This document shows, piece after piece, positions 10,617-18,424 of a stretch of DNA of 59,362 bases. Where the stretch lies: positions 1-59,362 of IMG/VR virus record IMGVR_UViG_3300018481_000024. The stretch is one strand, 5' to 3'. The stretch's first letter is position 1; the number at the start of each line of letters is the position of its first letter. The translations under genes were made by a program, and so were the position numbers. Under the pieces are notes generated by a model. The model saw only the letters and a list, made by a program, of their open reading frames with translations. It was not told the DNA's origin and made no database searches. Source of the DNA: a virus. Taxonomy: Duplodnaviria > Caudoviricetes.

Positions 10617-11422
10617 GCGACACCACGGTTGCCGACAACACGGAGGTCGCGGCGGAGGCCCGGTCGATCCTTCGGGACTTCCCGAAGTTCTTCGAAGAGA
10701 CGTACGCCCCGCTCCAAGCGGCCACCATCAAGCTGGCGGCACCGCTCATCTCCACGCTGGAGGTCCGCAGCATCGGTGACCGGAGCGTCGTCGGTGACTT
10801 CTCCCTCGACCAGCGCAACGGAGTCCTGAAGCTCCACAACCCCGACGCCTACCTGAGCGGGATCCACACCATCGGCTACCACTACACATGGTTCACCGAT
10901 GGTGACCTTGAGTACTTCGCCGATGTCTCCTTGGCCGAGATCGGCCACGGTCGGGCTGATGGCATCACTTACGACGGCTACGGCTCAGCGGAGCAGCATC
11001 TCGTTGCTATCGGCGCAGTGACGTGGGCGCTCTGGTCGTTGGTGACCGAGTTCGCCACCGACATCGATGTGTCCACTCCCGAGGGGATGTCGATCCCGGC
11101 GCACCAGCGGTTCCAGCAGGTGCTCCAGATGTTCCAGTTCTGGAAGGCGCAGTACGACCACATGGCGGCTGCCCTGAATATGGGCCTGTTCGCCATCGAA
11201 GGATTCGAATTCCGGCGGGTGTCGTACCTGACCAACCGTCTGGTCCCGCTGTTCCGCAACCACGAAGTTGATGACCCCTACCCGCCGGTCCGGGTGTTCC
11301 CGCCCATCGACCAGTTGGCGAAGTCACCGGCTGAGGGCGGATCGATCGCCGGGTCCGGGTACGCCGACAACTACGGCATCGCCAACGGAGGCTGGGAATC
11401 AGTCGGCAGTAGTGGTGCCTGA
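10613..11422 (+). CDS. Head-tail adaptor/neck protein
   Basis: ALWSL.TEFATDIDVSTPEGMSIPAHQRFQQ..RRVS..TNRLVP.F...EVDD; position ahead of the tail genes. Confidence 0.65.
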   Translation: MSDTTVADNTEVAAEARSILRDFPKFFEETYAPLQAATIKLAAPLISTLEVRSIGDRSVVGDFSLDQRNGVLKLHNPDAYLSGIHTIGYHYTWFTDGDLEYFADVSLAEIGHGRADGITYDGYGSAEQHLVAIGAVTWALWSLVTEFATDIDVSTPEGMSIPAHQRFQQVLQMFQFWKAQYDHMAAALNMGLFAIEGFEFRRVSYLTNRLVPLFRNHEVDDPYPPVRVFPPIDQLAKSPAEGGSIAGSGYADNYGIANGGWESVGSSGA

Positions 11423-12036
11423 TGACTGTCGACACACGCCGCGAGACGGAGTACATCTCACGCCGTTTTCTGGAGTATCAGCACGTCATCGGTGAGCACG
11501 TCGTGTGGTTCAAGTTCGACACCACCAACTCCCGGTGGGACGACGTGTATGACGAGGGCGGGCACACCTACGAGTGCGGCATCCATCTGCCCGTCCTCTG
11601 GGTGGATCAGGTGGAGGATCCGGCGCAGTACTCCGGGGAGGGACGGCGACCCACCCAGAGGATGAGGTTCGCCTGCTCGGCCTCGGACATGCGTGCCCGA
11701 GGGATCGACACCACCGAGGCCCATGGCCGGACGGTCGGGATCATGGACAACCGTGTTCCGGCTCCGTTCCCCGGTCAGGTCGGACGGCCTTCAGCGACGT
11801 GGTACAAGGACCGGCTCAACGACGTGACGTTCTACGACGGTCGCTTCTTCGCCGTGTCGAACTTCCAGATCCGTGGTCGTACTCCGGGCAACGACGTGAT
11901 CATCGGCGTCTCGACGCTGGAGATGCAGGAGGACGAGTACGCGCTCGACGCCTTCCCGTGGAACACCCAGTGGTCCGAGCCGTTCCCGTGCAACAACACC
12001 CGCTCGTGCTGCTGCTCCAAGTGTGGAGGTTCCTGA
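11422..12036 (+). CDS. Head closure/stopper protein
   Basis: GEHVVWFKFD..DDVYDEG..ND...YDGRFF.V....IRG; Cys-rich tail (SCCCSKCGGS). Confidence 0.6.
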   Translation: MTVDTRRETEYISRRFLEYQHVIGEHVVWFKFDTTNSRWDDVYDEGGHTYECGIHLPVLWVDQVEDPAQYSGEGRRPTQRMRFACSASDMRARGIDTTEAHGRTVGIMDNRVPAPFPGQVGRPSATWYKDRLNDVTFYDGRFFAVSNFQIRGRTPGNDVIIGVSTLEMQEDEYALDAFPWNTQWSEPFPCNNTRSCCCSKCGGS

Positions 12037-12894
12037 ATGCCGAATCCGACTCTGCCCGACACGATCGGCCTTCCGAATCCGCTGTGGGCCAACGACCTCA
12101 ACAACTGGCGGGCGGAGGATGCCTCTTGGCTCCTTGCCCGATCGAACCTCCGGTTCGGCACAGCGGCTGACTGGTTTTCTTCAGCGACCTTTGGTCGGGG
12201 AGCCGTTGCCTTTCTCGACGGTACGGAAGAACTCGCTGTCGCTTCGGGACCGGGTAGCGCCTCGTACATCCTCCATGGCAAGAACCTGAAGCGCTCGGAT
12301 GACGGGTTGCTCCACCGGTCGTCGGGTTCGTCGGTCATCCTCTCGGCCACTGATGTGACGATCAACCCGGAACTCAAGATCGTCAGCTCCGGTGGGACGG
12401 CGAGGTACACCGGGTCGAGCGTGTCCCTGAACTCTGATGCGCTGGTCATCACGGCTGGTGCGACAGCCGTCACCATGGTGTCGACCAAGCCCGTGACCAT
12501 CACGGCATCGAACGTCCACATCACGAACACCCTCACCGTCGGTGGAGCGCTCAACGTCACCGGGACGATCACAGCCGCTCAGCCCATCACTGCTCCCGAG
12601 TTCATCGGCAAGGTCACCAGCAGCACCATCGAGACGCCGACGGCGAAGTTCGGCAACTTCGACTTCAACGCCAGCACCTTCAAGAACTACGTCGGCCCTG
12701 TGACACTGGACTTCGCCGGTCAGAGCACCGAGGTGAGGGCCAACAAGCTCACCCTGAAGGTTCCGCCCGGTGGAGCCGTGATCGATGACGGCAGCACCAC
12801 TCAGGCTCAGGTGGCATCGGTGGTCGTGAAGACGGTGCCCCCGGTCAACGGGACCGACAACTACCCACTGGGAACGATCTGGGTCGTTGTCTGA
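12037..12894 (+). CDS. Beta-rich fibre/neck-appendage protein
   Basis: GGAGG RBS; gp5-like beta repeats (VTITASNVHITNTLTVGGALNVTGTIT); ends P...YPLGTIWVVV. Confidence 0.6.
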   Translation: MPNPTLPDTIGLPNPLWANDLNNWRAEDASWLLARSNLRFGTAADWFSSATFGRGAVAFLDGTEELAVASGPGSASYILHGKNLKRSDDGLLHRSSGSSVILSATDVTINPELKIVSSGGTARYTGSSVSLNSDALVITAGATAVTMVSTKPVTITASNVHITNTLTVGGALNVTGTITAAQPITAPEFIGKVTSSTIETPTAKFGNFDFNASTFKNYVGPVTLDFAGQSTEVRANKLTLKVPPGGAVIDDGSTTQAQVASVVVKTVPPVNGTDNYPLGTIWVVV

Positions 12895-13160
12895 TGCCAG
12901 CGTGGATCGTCCCGCCGTACAACACATGGTCGGATGTCGATGACTTCGTCACCCCCGACAACACGACGTGGGGACAGGTCAAGGGACTCGGCCTGACGTG
13001 GCGGGATGTACCGGTCCGTGTACCTCCGAGTGGAATCTTCGAAGAGAACTGGCGGTCCATCAAGGGTTTATATGTGAATAACCCCCTTGATGAGTGGCGT
13101 CCTCCAGCAGGAGGAATCTGGTTGAAGGAAGCCGGTGGCTGGACTCCAGTGCTATTCTGA
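12894..13160 (+). CDS. Small Trp-rich structural protein
   Basis: TGATG coupling; TW repeats and WR.IKGLYV..W...GIWLKEAGGW. Confidence 0.55.
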   Translation: MPAWIVPPYNTWSDVDDFVTPDNTTWGQVKGLGLTWRDVPVRVPPSGIFEENWRSIKGLYVNNPLDEWRPPAGGIWLKEAGGWTPVLF

Positions 13161-13216
13161 TTTCTGATTCCCGACAGGCGTCAGGAATCCTCAACTGCTT
13201 ATCTGCTGGAGCCGGA

Positions 13217-13669
13217 ATGGCCGTGGACTTGATTCCAGAGTCCTATATGCGTGAACTCACGCACACGGTGCATGACCTCAGTGACTCCGCAGAAGAGCAG
13301 TCCGACGAGTCGAAGGAATACCTCTACAACGATGTGATGCGCCGGATCGGGGCGTCCGAGAGGTGGGTCGGCCTCGCCGACTACGTTGATTCGTGGACCG
13401 AGGGAGATCGGTTCTGGGTCGGTATCCGGGGGAAGATGTACGTCTCCGAGGCGTTCGCCGCCGAATACGGGACGGATGAATATCCACCAGACCCGGTGTT
13501 CCGGGTGCTGGACGATCTTCCGTACAAGCCACTCCCCGGTTATCGGTCGACGGCAACTCAGGATGAGGTCGTCGCTGGGTCGATCGAGACGTACTCGCAG
13601 AACGACATCTACGAGAACATGCAGGATTCGACCTACGGGCATGTGGAGGATCCTTATGGGCCTGCCTGA
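13217..13669 (+). CDS. Neck/tail-completion protein (HK97 gp10-like)
   Basis: GGAG RBS; AEYGTDEYPP.PVFR motif. Confidence 0.55.
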   Translation: MAVDLIPESYMRELTHTVHDLSDSAEEQSDESKEYLYNDVMRRIGASERWVGLADYVDSWTEGDRFWVGIRGKMYVSEAFAAEYGTDEYPPDPVFRVLDDLPYKPLPGYRSTATQDEVVAGSIETYSQNDIYENMQDSTYGHVEDPYGPA

Positions 13670-14483
13670 TCCCAAGTCGACGGTGATCTCCAATCCCGAC
13701 CCGGTCGACCACTCAGGATTCATCTTGGCCGAGGAGGAGGGACTCAAGAGGTACCTCGCGGGGTTGAAGGTCCCGACCACCACCCGAGGCGGCACCGTGA
13801 TCGAAGAGGTGCCGGTGTATTACCGGTTCGCCTCCTCGGAGCGACGGATCGAGTACCCGTACATCACGATCGATCTGCTGAACGTCTTCCCCGACTTCCA
13901 GAGGCTCTACTCGGTCATCAACGAGTGGGGGATGCCCTCGCGGTACGAGTGGGGCCATCAGCAGTACGCCGGGGACGGCTACTACTACCCGGATCAGTTC
14001 AAGGTGGACGATCCCGCCGACGAGGGGATGGTGGCCTCCACCGGGAACTTCATGGCCTACAAGCTCCGATTCCAGATCACCGTCTGGAGCCGGAACATCA
14101 CCCACGACCGGATCCTGATGTCCCACGTCTTCTCGGACCTCTTCCGGGTGGGTGGCTTCTTCGTGCCGACCGAGCCGGACGGGGTCTGGCATCGGTGCTT
14201 CCTTGAGGAGTGGGTCCAAGGGGACACGATCGAATCGATCGAAGCCACCAAGCGCATCCTCCGCAAGATCTACACCATCTCCATGGATACGGAGATGCCC
14301 GCTACGCGGGTGCAGCAGATCTCCAAGGTCCGCAAGATCCATGTGGACCTGTACGAGAAGTACCTGATGGACGAAGGTCAGGTTCTCGGTCCGCACGCCG
14401 ACGACAGTCCTCTTCACGATGACATGACGGTGGCTCACTGGACCCACACCGGACAGCCAGATGGCACGGTAGATACAACGTAA
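13656..14483 (+). CDS. Tail terminator/sheath stabiliser
   Basis: GGAGGA RBS; FILAEEEGLK..L.GLKV..VPVYYRF..YPYITIDL..FQITVWSR..HDR; immediately upstream of the sheath gene. Confidence 0.65.
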   Translation: MGLPDPKSTVISNPDPVDHSGFILAEEEGLKRYLAGLKVPTTTRGGTVIEEVPVYYRFASSERRIEYPYITIDLLNVFPDFQRLYSVINEWGMPSRYEWGHQQYAGDGYYYPDQFKVDDPADEGMVASTGNFMAYKLRFQITVWSRNITHDRILMSHVFSDLFRVGGFFVPTEPDGVWHRCFLEEWVQGDTIESIEATKRILRKIYTISMDTEMPATRVQQISKVRKIHVDLYEKYLMDEGQVLGPHADDSPLHDDMTVAHWTHTGQPDGTVDTT

Positions 14484-14526
14484 TACTTATCGGCTCTCGG
14501 AAACTCAACCTCTACAGGAGTCGTAT

Positions 14527-16803
14527 ATGTCCTTCTACTCATACAAGCGACCGGGTGTCTACATCGATGAGGCACCCTTCCAAGGGTTCACCGATGTCGG
14601 CATGTCCACCTCGGTGGCCCTGTTCGTCGGCATGGCGGTGCAGGGTCCGACCGAAGACCCCGCGCTCGTGACCTCGTGGCAGGAGTACGTCGCCCTCTTC
14701 GGCGGCTTCACCCAGCCCAAGTCGACGGCGGCGCAGCCCAACGCCGACTTCACCTACCTGCCCTACGCCGTCTACTCGTTCTTCCAGAACGGTGGCCGCA
14801 ACGCCTACGTCCGACGGGCGGTGTCGCCGTCCGGTGGGTTCACCCACGCCACGGTCGACCTCTACGGAACCCTCATCGAGGTGGAGGATGGGGGCGAAGA
14901 GCTGCCCGACTTCACGGCGGCTGAGCCGGGTGACCACTTCACCGACGCCATGTTCCTGACGGTGCCGAACCAGACGGCACTCCTGACGATGCTGAACGGC
15001 GACACCATCGCCTACGCCCCGGCCCCGTTGTACAGCGACGAGTGGTTCAACGGTCGGACCGTCAAGGTCGACATCCAGCCAGTCTCTCCTCCTGCTGTCA
15101 CCACGACCGAGGTCCACTGGAACGGCACGGCGTGGGCGGCGGATGCCCCGACGCTTGTCGATCACACCAACATCGAGCCGAACGATGTCATCGATCTGGC
15201 CGACTTCACCAGCGTCATTGGCACCCCGCCTGCCGACCTGTCTGACTTCGTCGCTCTCTCCACCTACCTGTTGGCGGAGGGCTTCGACCCATCGACCCTG
15301 CATCAGGCGGCGTGGACGCCGACGACCTTCTGGACCATCACCGACGAGGGAGGCACCCCGGCCTCAATCGCCCTCATCTGGGACGGCGTGACGTGGCAGG
15401 AGACGCTCGACCCCGGTACGACGGGCTTCAGCCCCGGTGTGCAGACCACGAATGGGGTCCGCCCCCGAGCGACGGCGACGGCTGAGTCGTCCCTGATCTC
15501 CTTCAGCGTCCGGTCGAAGTCGGCGGGCACATGGGCCAACAGCAACGTGGCCGTGGTCATCATGCCGCAGACGTACCTGCCCGATCCCACGAACCCGTCG
15601 GACTTCGCCGCTCAGGTGTACACGCTCGGCGTGCTCGTCAACAACGGGACGGCCACCACTCCGGTCTGGTCACAGGTCGAGACGTTCCAGAACCTCTGCA
15701 ACCAGCAGATCCCCGGCACCCAGCGTCCCGACGTGGTGGTCAACTCGTCCTCGTCGGGATCGCAGTTCATCACGGTCCTCGACGTGAACATCGATTCGAT
15801 GCCGTACTTCCCGATCGCTGCCAACGGTCAGCCCGATCCGGTCGTCCTGACCGGCGGCACCGACGGGCCTCCGCCGCTGTCCGCCGATCTCGTGGGCATC
15901 ACCAGTGACTCGGTCGGCAAGATCGACAACCCACTGATGGTCAACATCGCCGGGTACGACACCGACGCGTTGTCCGGTGGCAGGGAGTACGTCGCTGCGT
16001 TCTGGTCGCCGTCCACGTCCCAGCGGACCGATGTCATCTCGATCAACGACTACGCCCGCAAGCGGAACCTCGATGAGACTTCAGCGGACTACGCCTCCCT
16101 CCTCAGGGGGACGAACAACGCTGGCGGTCTGCTGACTGATGACACCGGCAACAGCCGGGTCGCCGCCTACACCCCGTGGATCACCATCCCCGATCCGGCG
16201 GTCAACGGTGGAACGATCACCATTCCGCCCGCCGGGTTGGTGTCGGGCCTCATCTCCCGCAACGACTCCACCCGTGGCGTGTACCAGACGCCTGCCGGTG
16301 TCACGGCGGTTCTGTCGAACGCCCTCAACGTGGACTGCCGGTTCACCGACAACGAACTCGGCGACCTCAACGTGTCGAACATCAACGCCATCCGTCCGGT
16401 GGCCGGTTCCGGCATCTGCATCATGGGTGGCCGTACCCGGAAGACCTACGGGGTCGACAAGTACCTCGCTCCCCGGCGGACCCTCATCTTCATCGAGGAG
16501 TCGCTGCGCCGGTCGACGGAGTTCGCCGTCTTCGAGAACAACGACGCCGTCCTGTGGGCGCGGCTCCGCAACGTGGCCGAGCGGATCCTCCGTCCCATCT
16601 GGAGCGACGGTGGCCTCAAGGGCGCTTCCGCCACCGAGGCGTTCCGCATCATCTGCGACGCATCCAACAACACGCCAGACGTGATCGCCGCAGGCGAAGT
16701 GCGAATGGACGTTGGGGTGGCCCTCCAGTACCCCGCAGAGTTCGTGATCATCCGACTGTCCCAGTACGACGGTGGAGCCTCTTCCGTCACGGCGACGACC
16801 TGA
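14527..16803 (+). CDS. Contractile tail sheath protein
   Basis: YKRPGVYIDE..GP..P.LVTSW.EY..LFGG..YAVYSFFQNGG..YVRR; C-terminal TPAG..LN..NINAIR..RRTLIFIEESL..FAVFENND..LW..PAEFVIIR. Confidence 0.95.
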   Translation: MSFYSYKRPGVYIDEAPFQGFTDVGMSTSVALFVGMAVQGPTEDPALVTSWQEYVALFGGFTQPKSTAAQPNADFTYLPYAVYSFFQNGGRNAYVRRAVSPSGGFTHATVDLYGTLIEVEDGGEELPDFTAAEPGDHFTDAMFLTVPNQTALLTMLNGDTIAYAPAPLYSDEWFNGRTVKVDIQPVSPPAVTTTEVHWNGTAWAADAPTLVDHTNIEPNDVIDLADFTSVIGTPPADLSDFVALSTYLLAEGFDPSTLHQAAWTPTTFWTITDEGGTPASIALIWDGVTWQETLDPGTTGFSPGVQTTNGVRPRATATAESSLISFSVRSKSAGTWANSNVAVVIMPQTYLPDPTNPSDFAAQVYTLGVLVNNGTATTPVWSQVETFQNLCNQQIPGTQRPDVVVNSSSSGSQFITVLDVNIDSMPYFPIAANGQPDPVVLTGGTDGPPPLSADLVGITSDSVGKIDNPLMVNIAGYDTDALSGGREYVAAFWSPSTSQRTDVISINDYARKRNLDETSADYASLLRGTNNAGGLLTDDTGNSRVAAYTPWITIPDPAVNGGTITIPPAGLVSGLISRNDSTRGVYQTPAGVTAVLSNALNVDCRFTDNELGDLNVSNINAIRPVAGSGICIMGGRTRKTYGVDKYLAPRRTLIFIEESLRRSTEFAVFENNDAVLWARLRNVAERILRPIWSDGGLKGASATEAFRIICDASNNTPDVIAAGEVRMDVGVALQYPAEFVIIRLSQYDGGASSVTATT

Positions 16804-16819
16804 GTAAGGAGACAAGAGA

Positions 16820-17443
16820 GTGGCAAATCCGACCATCGCAGAGCGGACTCGGGCCAAGGCCGATCCGGTTCGCAACTTCAAGTTCCAAGTCCAGTTCTTC
16901 CCCGCCGGGAACAACGGGGCCGATCAGGCGCTCGCCTACATCGGCTTCACCTCGGTGGAGGGACTGGGCATGACCACCGAGGTCATGACGTACCGGGAGG
17001 GCGGATGGAATACCAATCCGCACAAGCTCCCCGGCATGTCGGACTTCCCGCCGCTCACCTGCTCGTCCGGTCTGTTCTTCGACCGACCGGGCATCTGGCT
17101 GGCGGCGAAGAAGCTGTTCTCCGCCCAGTGGGGTGACGGCACCATCGGACTGGGTGAGGACTTCCGGTTCGACATGGCGATCCGGGTGCTCGACCACCCG
17201 GTCACCGCCGGGGTGGCCTCGGGTTCCCGTGGCACCCCCGAGGGAGCCGTGCTGGGCTACAAGCTCTACAACGGCTGGATCGCCAACGTGAACTTCTCGG
17301 GCCTCGACGCCTCGACCAGCGGGATCATCGTCCACCAGATGACGATCCACCACGAGGGCATGGCCGTCTTCTACGGACACGACGAGGTCATCCGCGAGAT
17401 CGGCAGCGCTGCCGTCGGTACCCTCGGCAACCGTCCCTACTGA
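16820..17443 (+). CDS. Tail tube protein (T4 gp19-like)
   Basis: DPVRNFKFQV..GFTSVEGL...TEV..YREGG....HKLPG...F...NGW....FSGLDA..I.HEG. Confidence 0.92.
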   Translation: MANPTIAERTRAKADPVRNFKFQVQFFPAGNNGADQALAYIGFTSVEGLGMTTEVMTYREGGWNTNPHKLPGMSDFPPLTCSSGLFFDRPGIWLAAKKLFSAQWGDGTIGLGEDFRFDMAIRVLDHPVTAGVASGSRGTPEGAVLGYKLYNGWIANVNFSGLDASTSGIIVHQMTIHHEGMAVFYGHDEVIREIGSAAVGTLGNRPY

Positions 17444-17457
17444 CCTGAAGGCAATCC

Positions 17458-18282
17458 ATGGCTGATACCACCGAGCTACTTGACGTTCCCGACGACATCC
17501 CCGATGAGATGCGTCAACAGATACTGGGAGGCTCCCCGACCACCAGCTTCCCGGTCATGCGTGACCCCGAGGCCGGGACCACGGTCCTGCCCCGAGGGAT
17601 CAGGGATGACGCGGGAGCCTTCCACACCGATGTGGTGTTCCGAGAACTCAACGGACGCGATGAGGAGTACCTCTCCAAGTTCACCGACGAGTCGCAGTTG
17701 TTCGATGCCGTCATCGAACGAGGGGTTGACCGGGTCGGCTCGCTCTCCATCTCCGAGATGGGGCAGTCGGAAGCGAGCGCCCGTCTCAACTCCCTGCTGG
17801 TCGGGGAGCGGAACATCCTGTTCCTCGGAGTCCTGCGGTCCTCCTTCGGCAACGAGCGGAAGATCGACTGGCTCTGTATCGGCTGTGGTGCCGAGAACGA
17901 GACGACCGTCATGCTCGATGACGATCTGAAGGTGAACATTCCTGAGGGTCTGGGTGACTCACATTTTTACGTCGACTCCAAGGACCGGAAGATCCAGTGG
18001 CGTGGCCTGACCGGCTCGGACGCCACGTTGGTGAAGCCGACGATGAACGCCGGGATGCAGTCATCGACCATCCTCGCTCAGGTCATCACTGCGGTGGACG
18101 ACGAGATGGTGCTCAGCCCGGAGCGGTTCGTGGCCGACATGTTGATGCGGGACAGACGGAAGCTCATGGAGTTGGTGTCGGAGAACCAGCCGATCATCGA
18201 CACCGATGTCAGCGTCTCCTGTCCCTCTTGTGGAAGGGAGCAGACCAAGCCCCTCTCATGGGGTGAGCTGTTTCTCGTATAA
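17458..18282 (+). CDS. Tail assembly chaperone/baseplate hub assembly protein (T4 gp26-like, two CxxC)
   Basis: RELNGRDEEYL..LLVGER..L..LR..FG; CIGCG and CPSCG; lies between tube and tape measure. Confidence 0.8.
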   Translation: MADTTELLDVPDDIPDEMRQQILGGSPTTSFPVMRDPEAGTTVLPRGIRDDAGAFHTDVVFRELNGRDEEYLSKFTDESQLFDAVIERGVDRVGSLSISEMGQSEASARLNSLLVGERNILFLGVLRSSFGNERKIDWLCIGCGAENETTVMLDDDLKVNIPEGLGDSHFYVDSKDRKIQWRGLTGSDATLVKPTMNAGMQSSTILAQVITAVDDEMVLSPERFVADMLMRDRRKLMELVSENQPIIDTDVSVSCPSCGREQTKPLSWGELFLV

Positions 18283-18424
18283 GGAACGACCTCTGTTCTT
18301 CGATTATGAGGTCATCTCACGAGATCACGGCGGCTGGTCCTTGGGGGACATAAAGGACATGAGTTCTCGTGAACGTGATTATTGGGTGGCCGTGATGGAA
18401 TGGAGGAGGTCGGATGCCGGATAG
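18272..18424 (+). CDS. Probable frameshift-accessed C-terminal extension of the tail chaperone (gpGT/gpE'-like)
   Basis: +1 frame reads FSYKERPLFFDYEVISRDHGGWSLGDIKDMSSRERDYWV, typical of the short downstream chaperone ORF; no good start codon of its own. Confidence 0.6.
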   Translation, partial: FSYKERPLFFDYEVISRDHGGWSLGDIKDMSSRERDYWVAVMEWRRSDAG

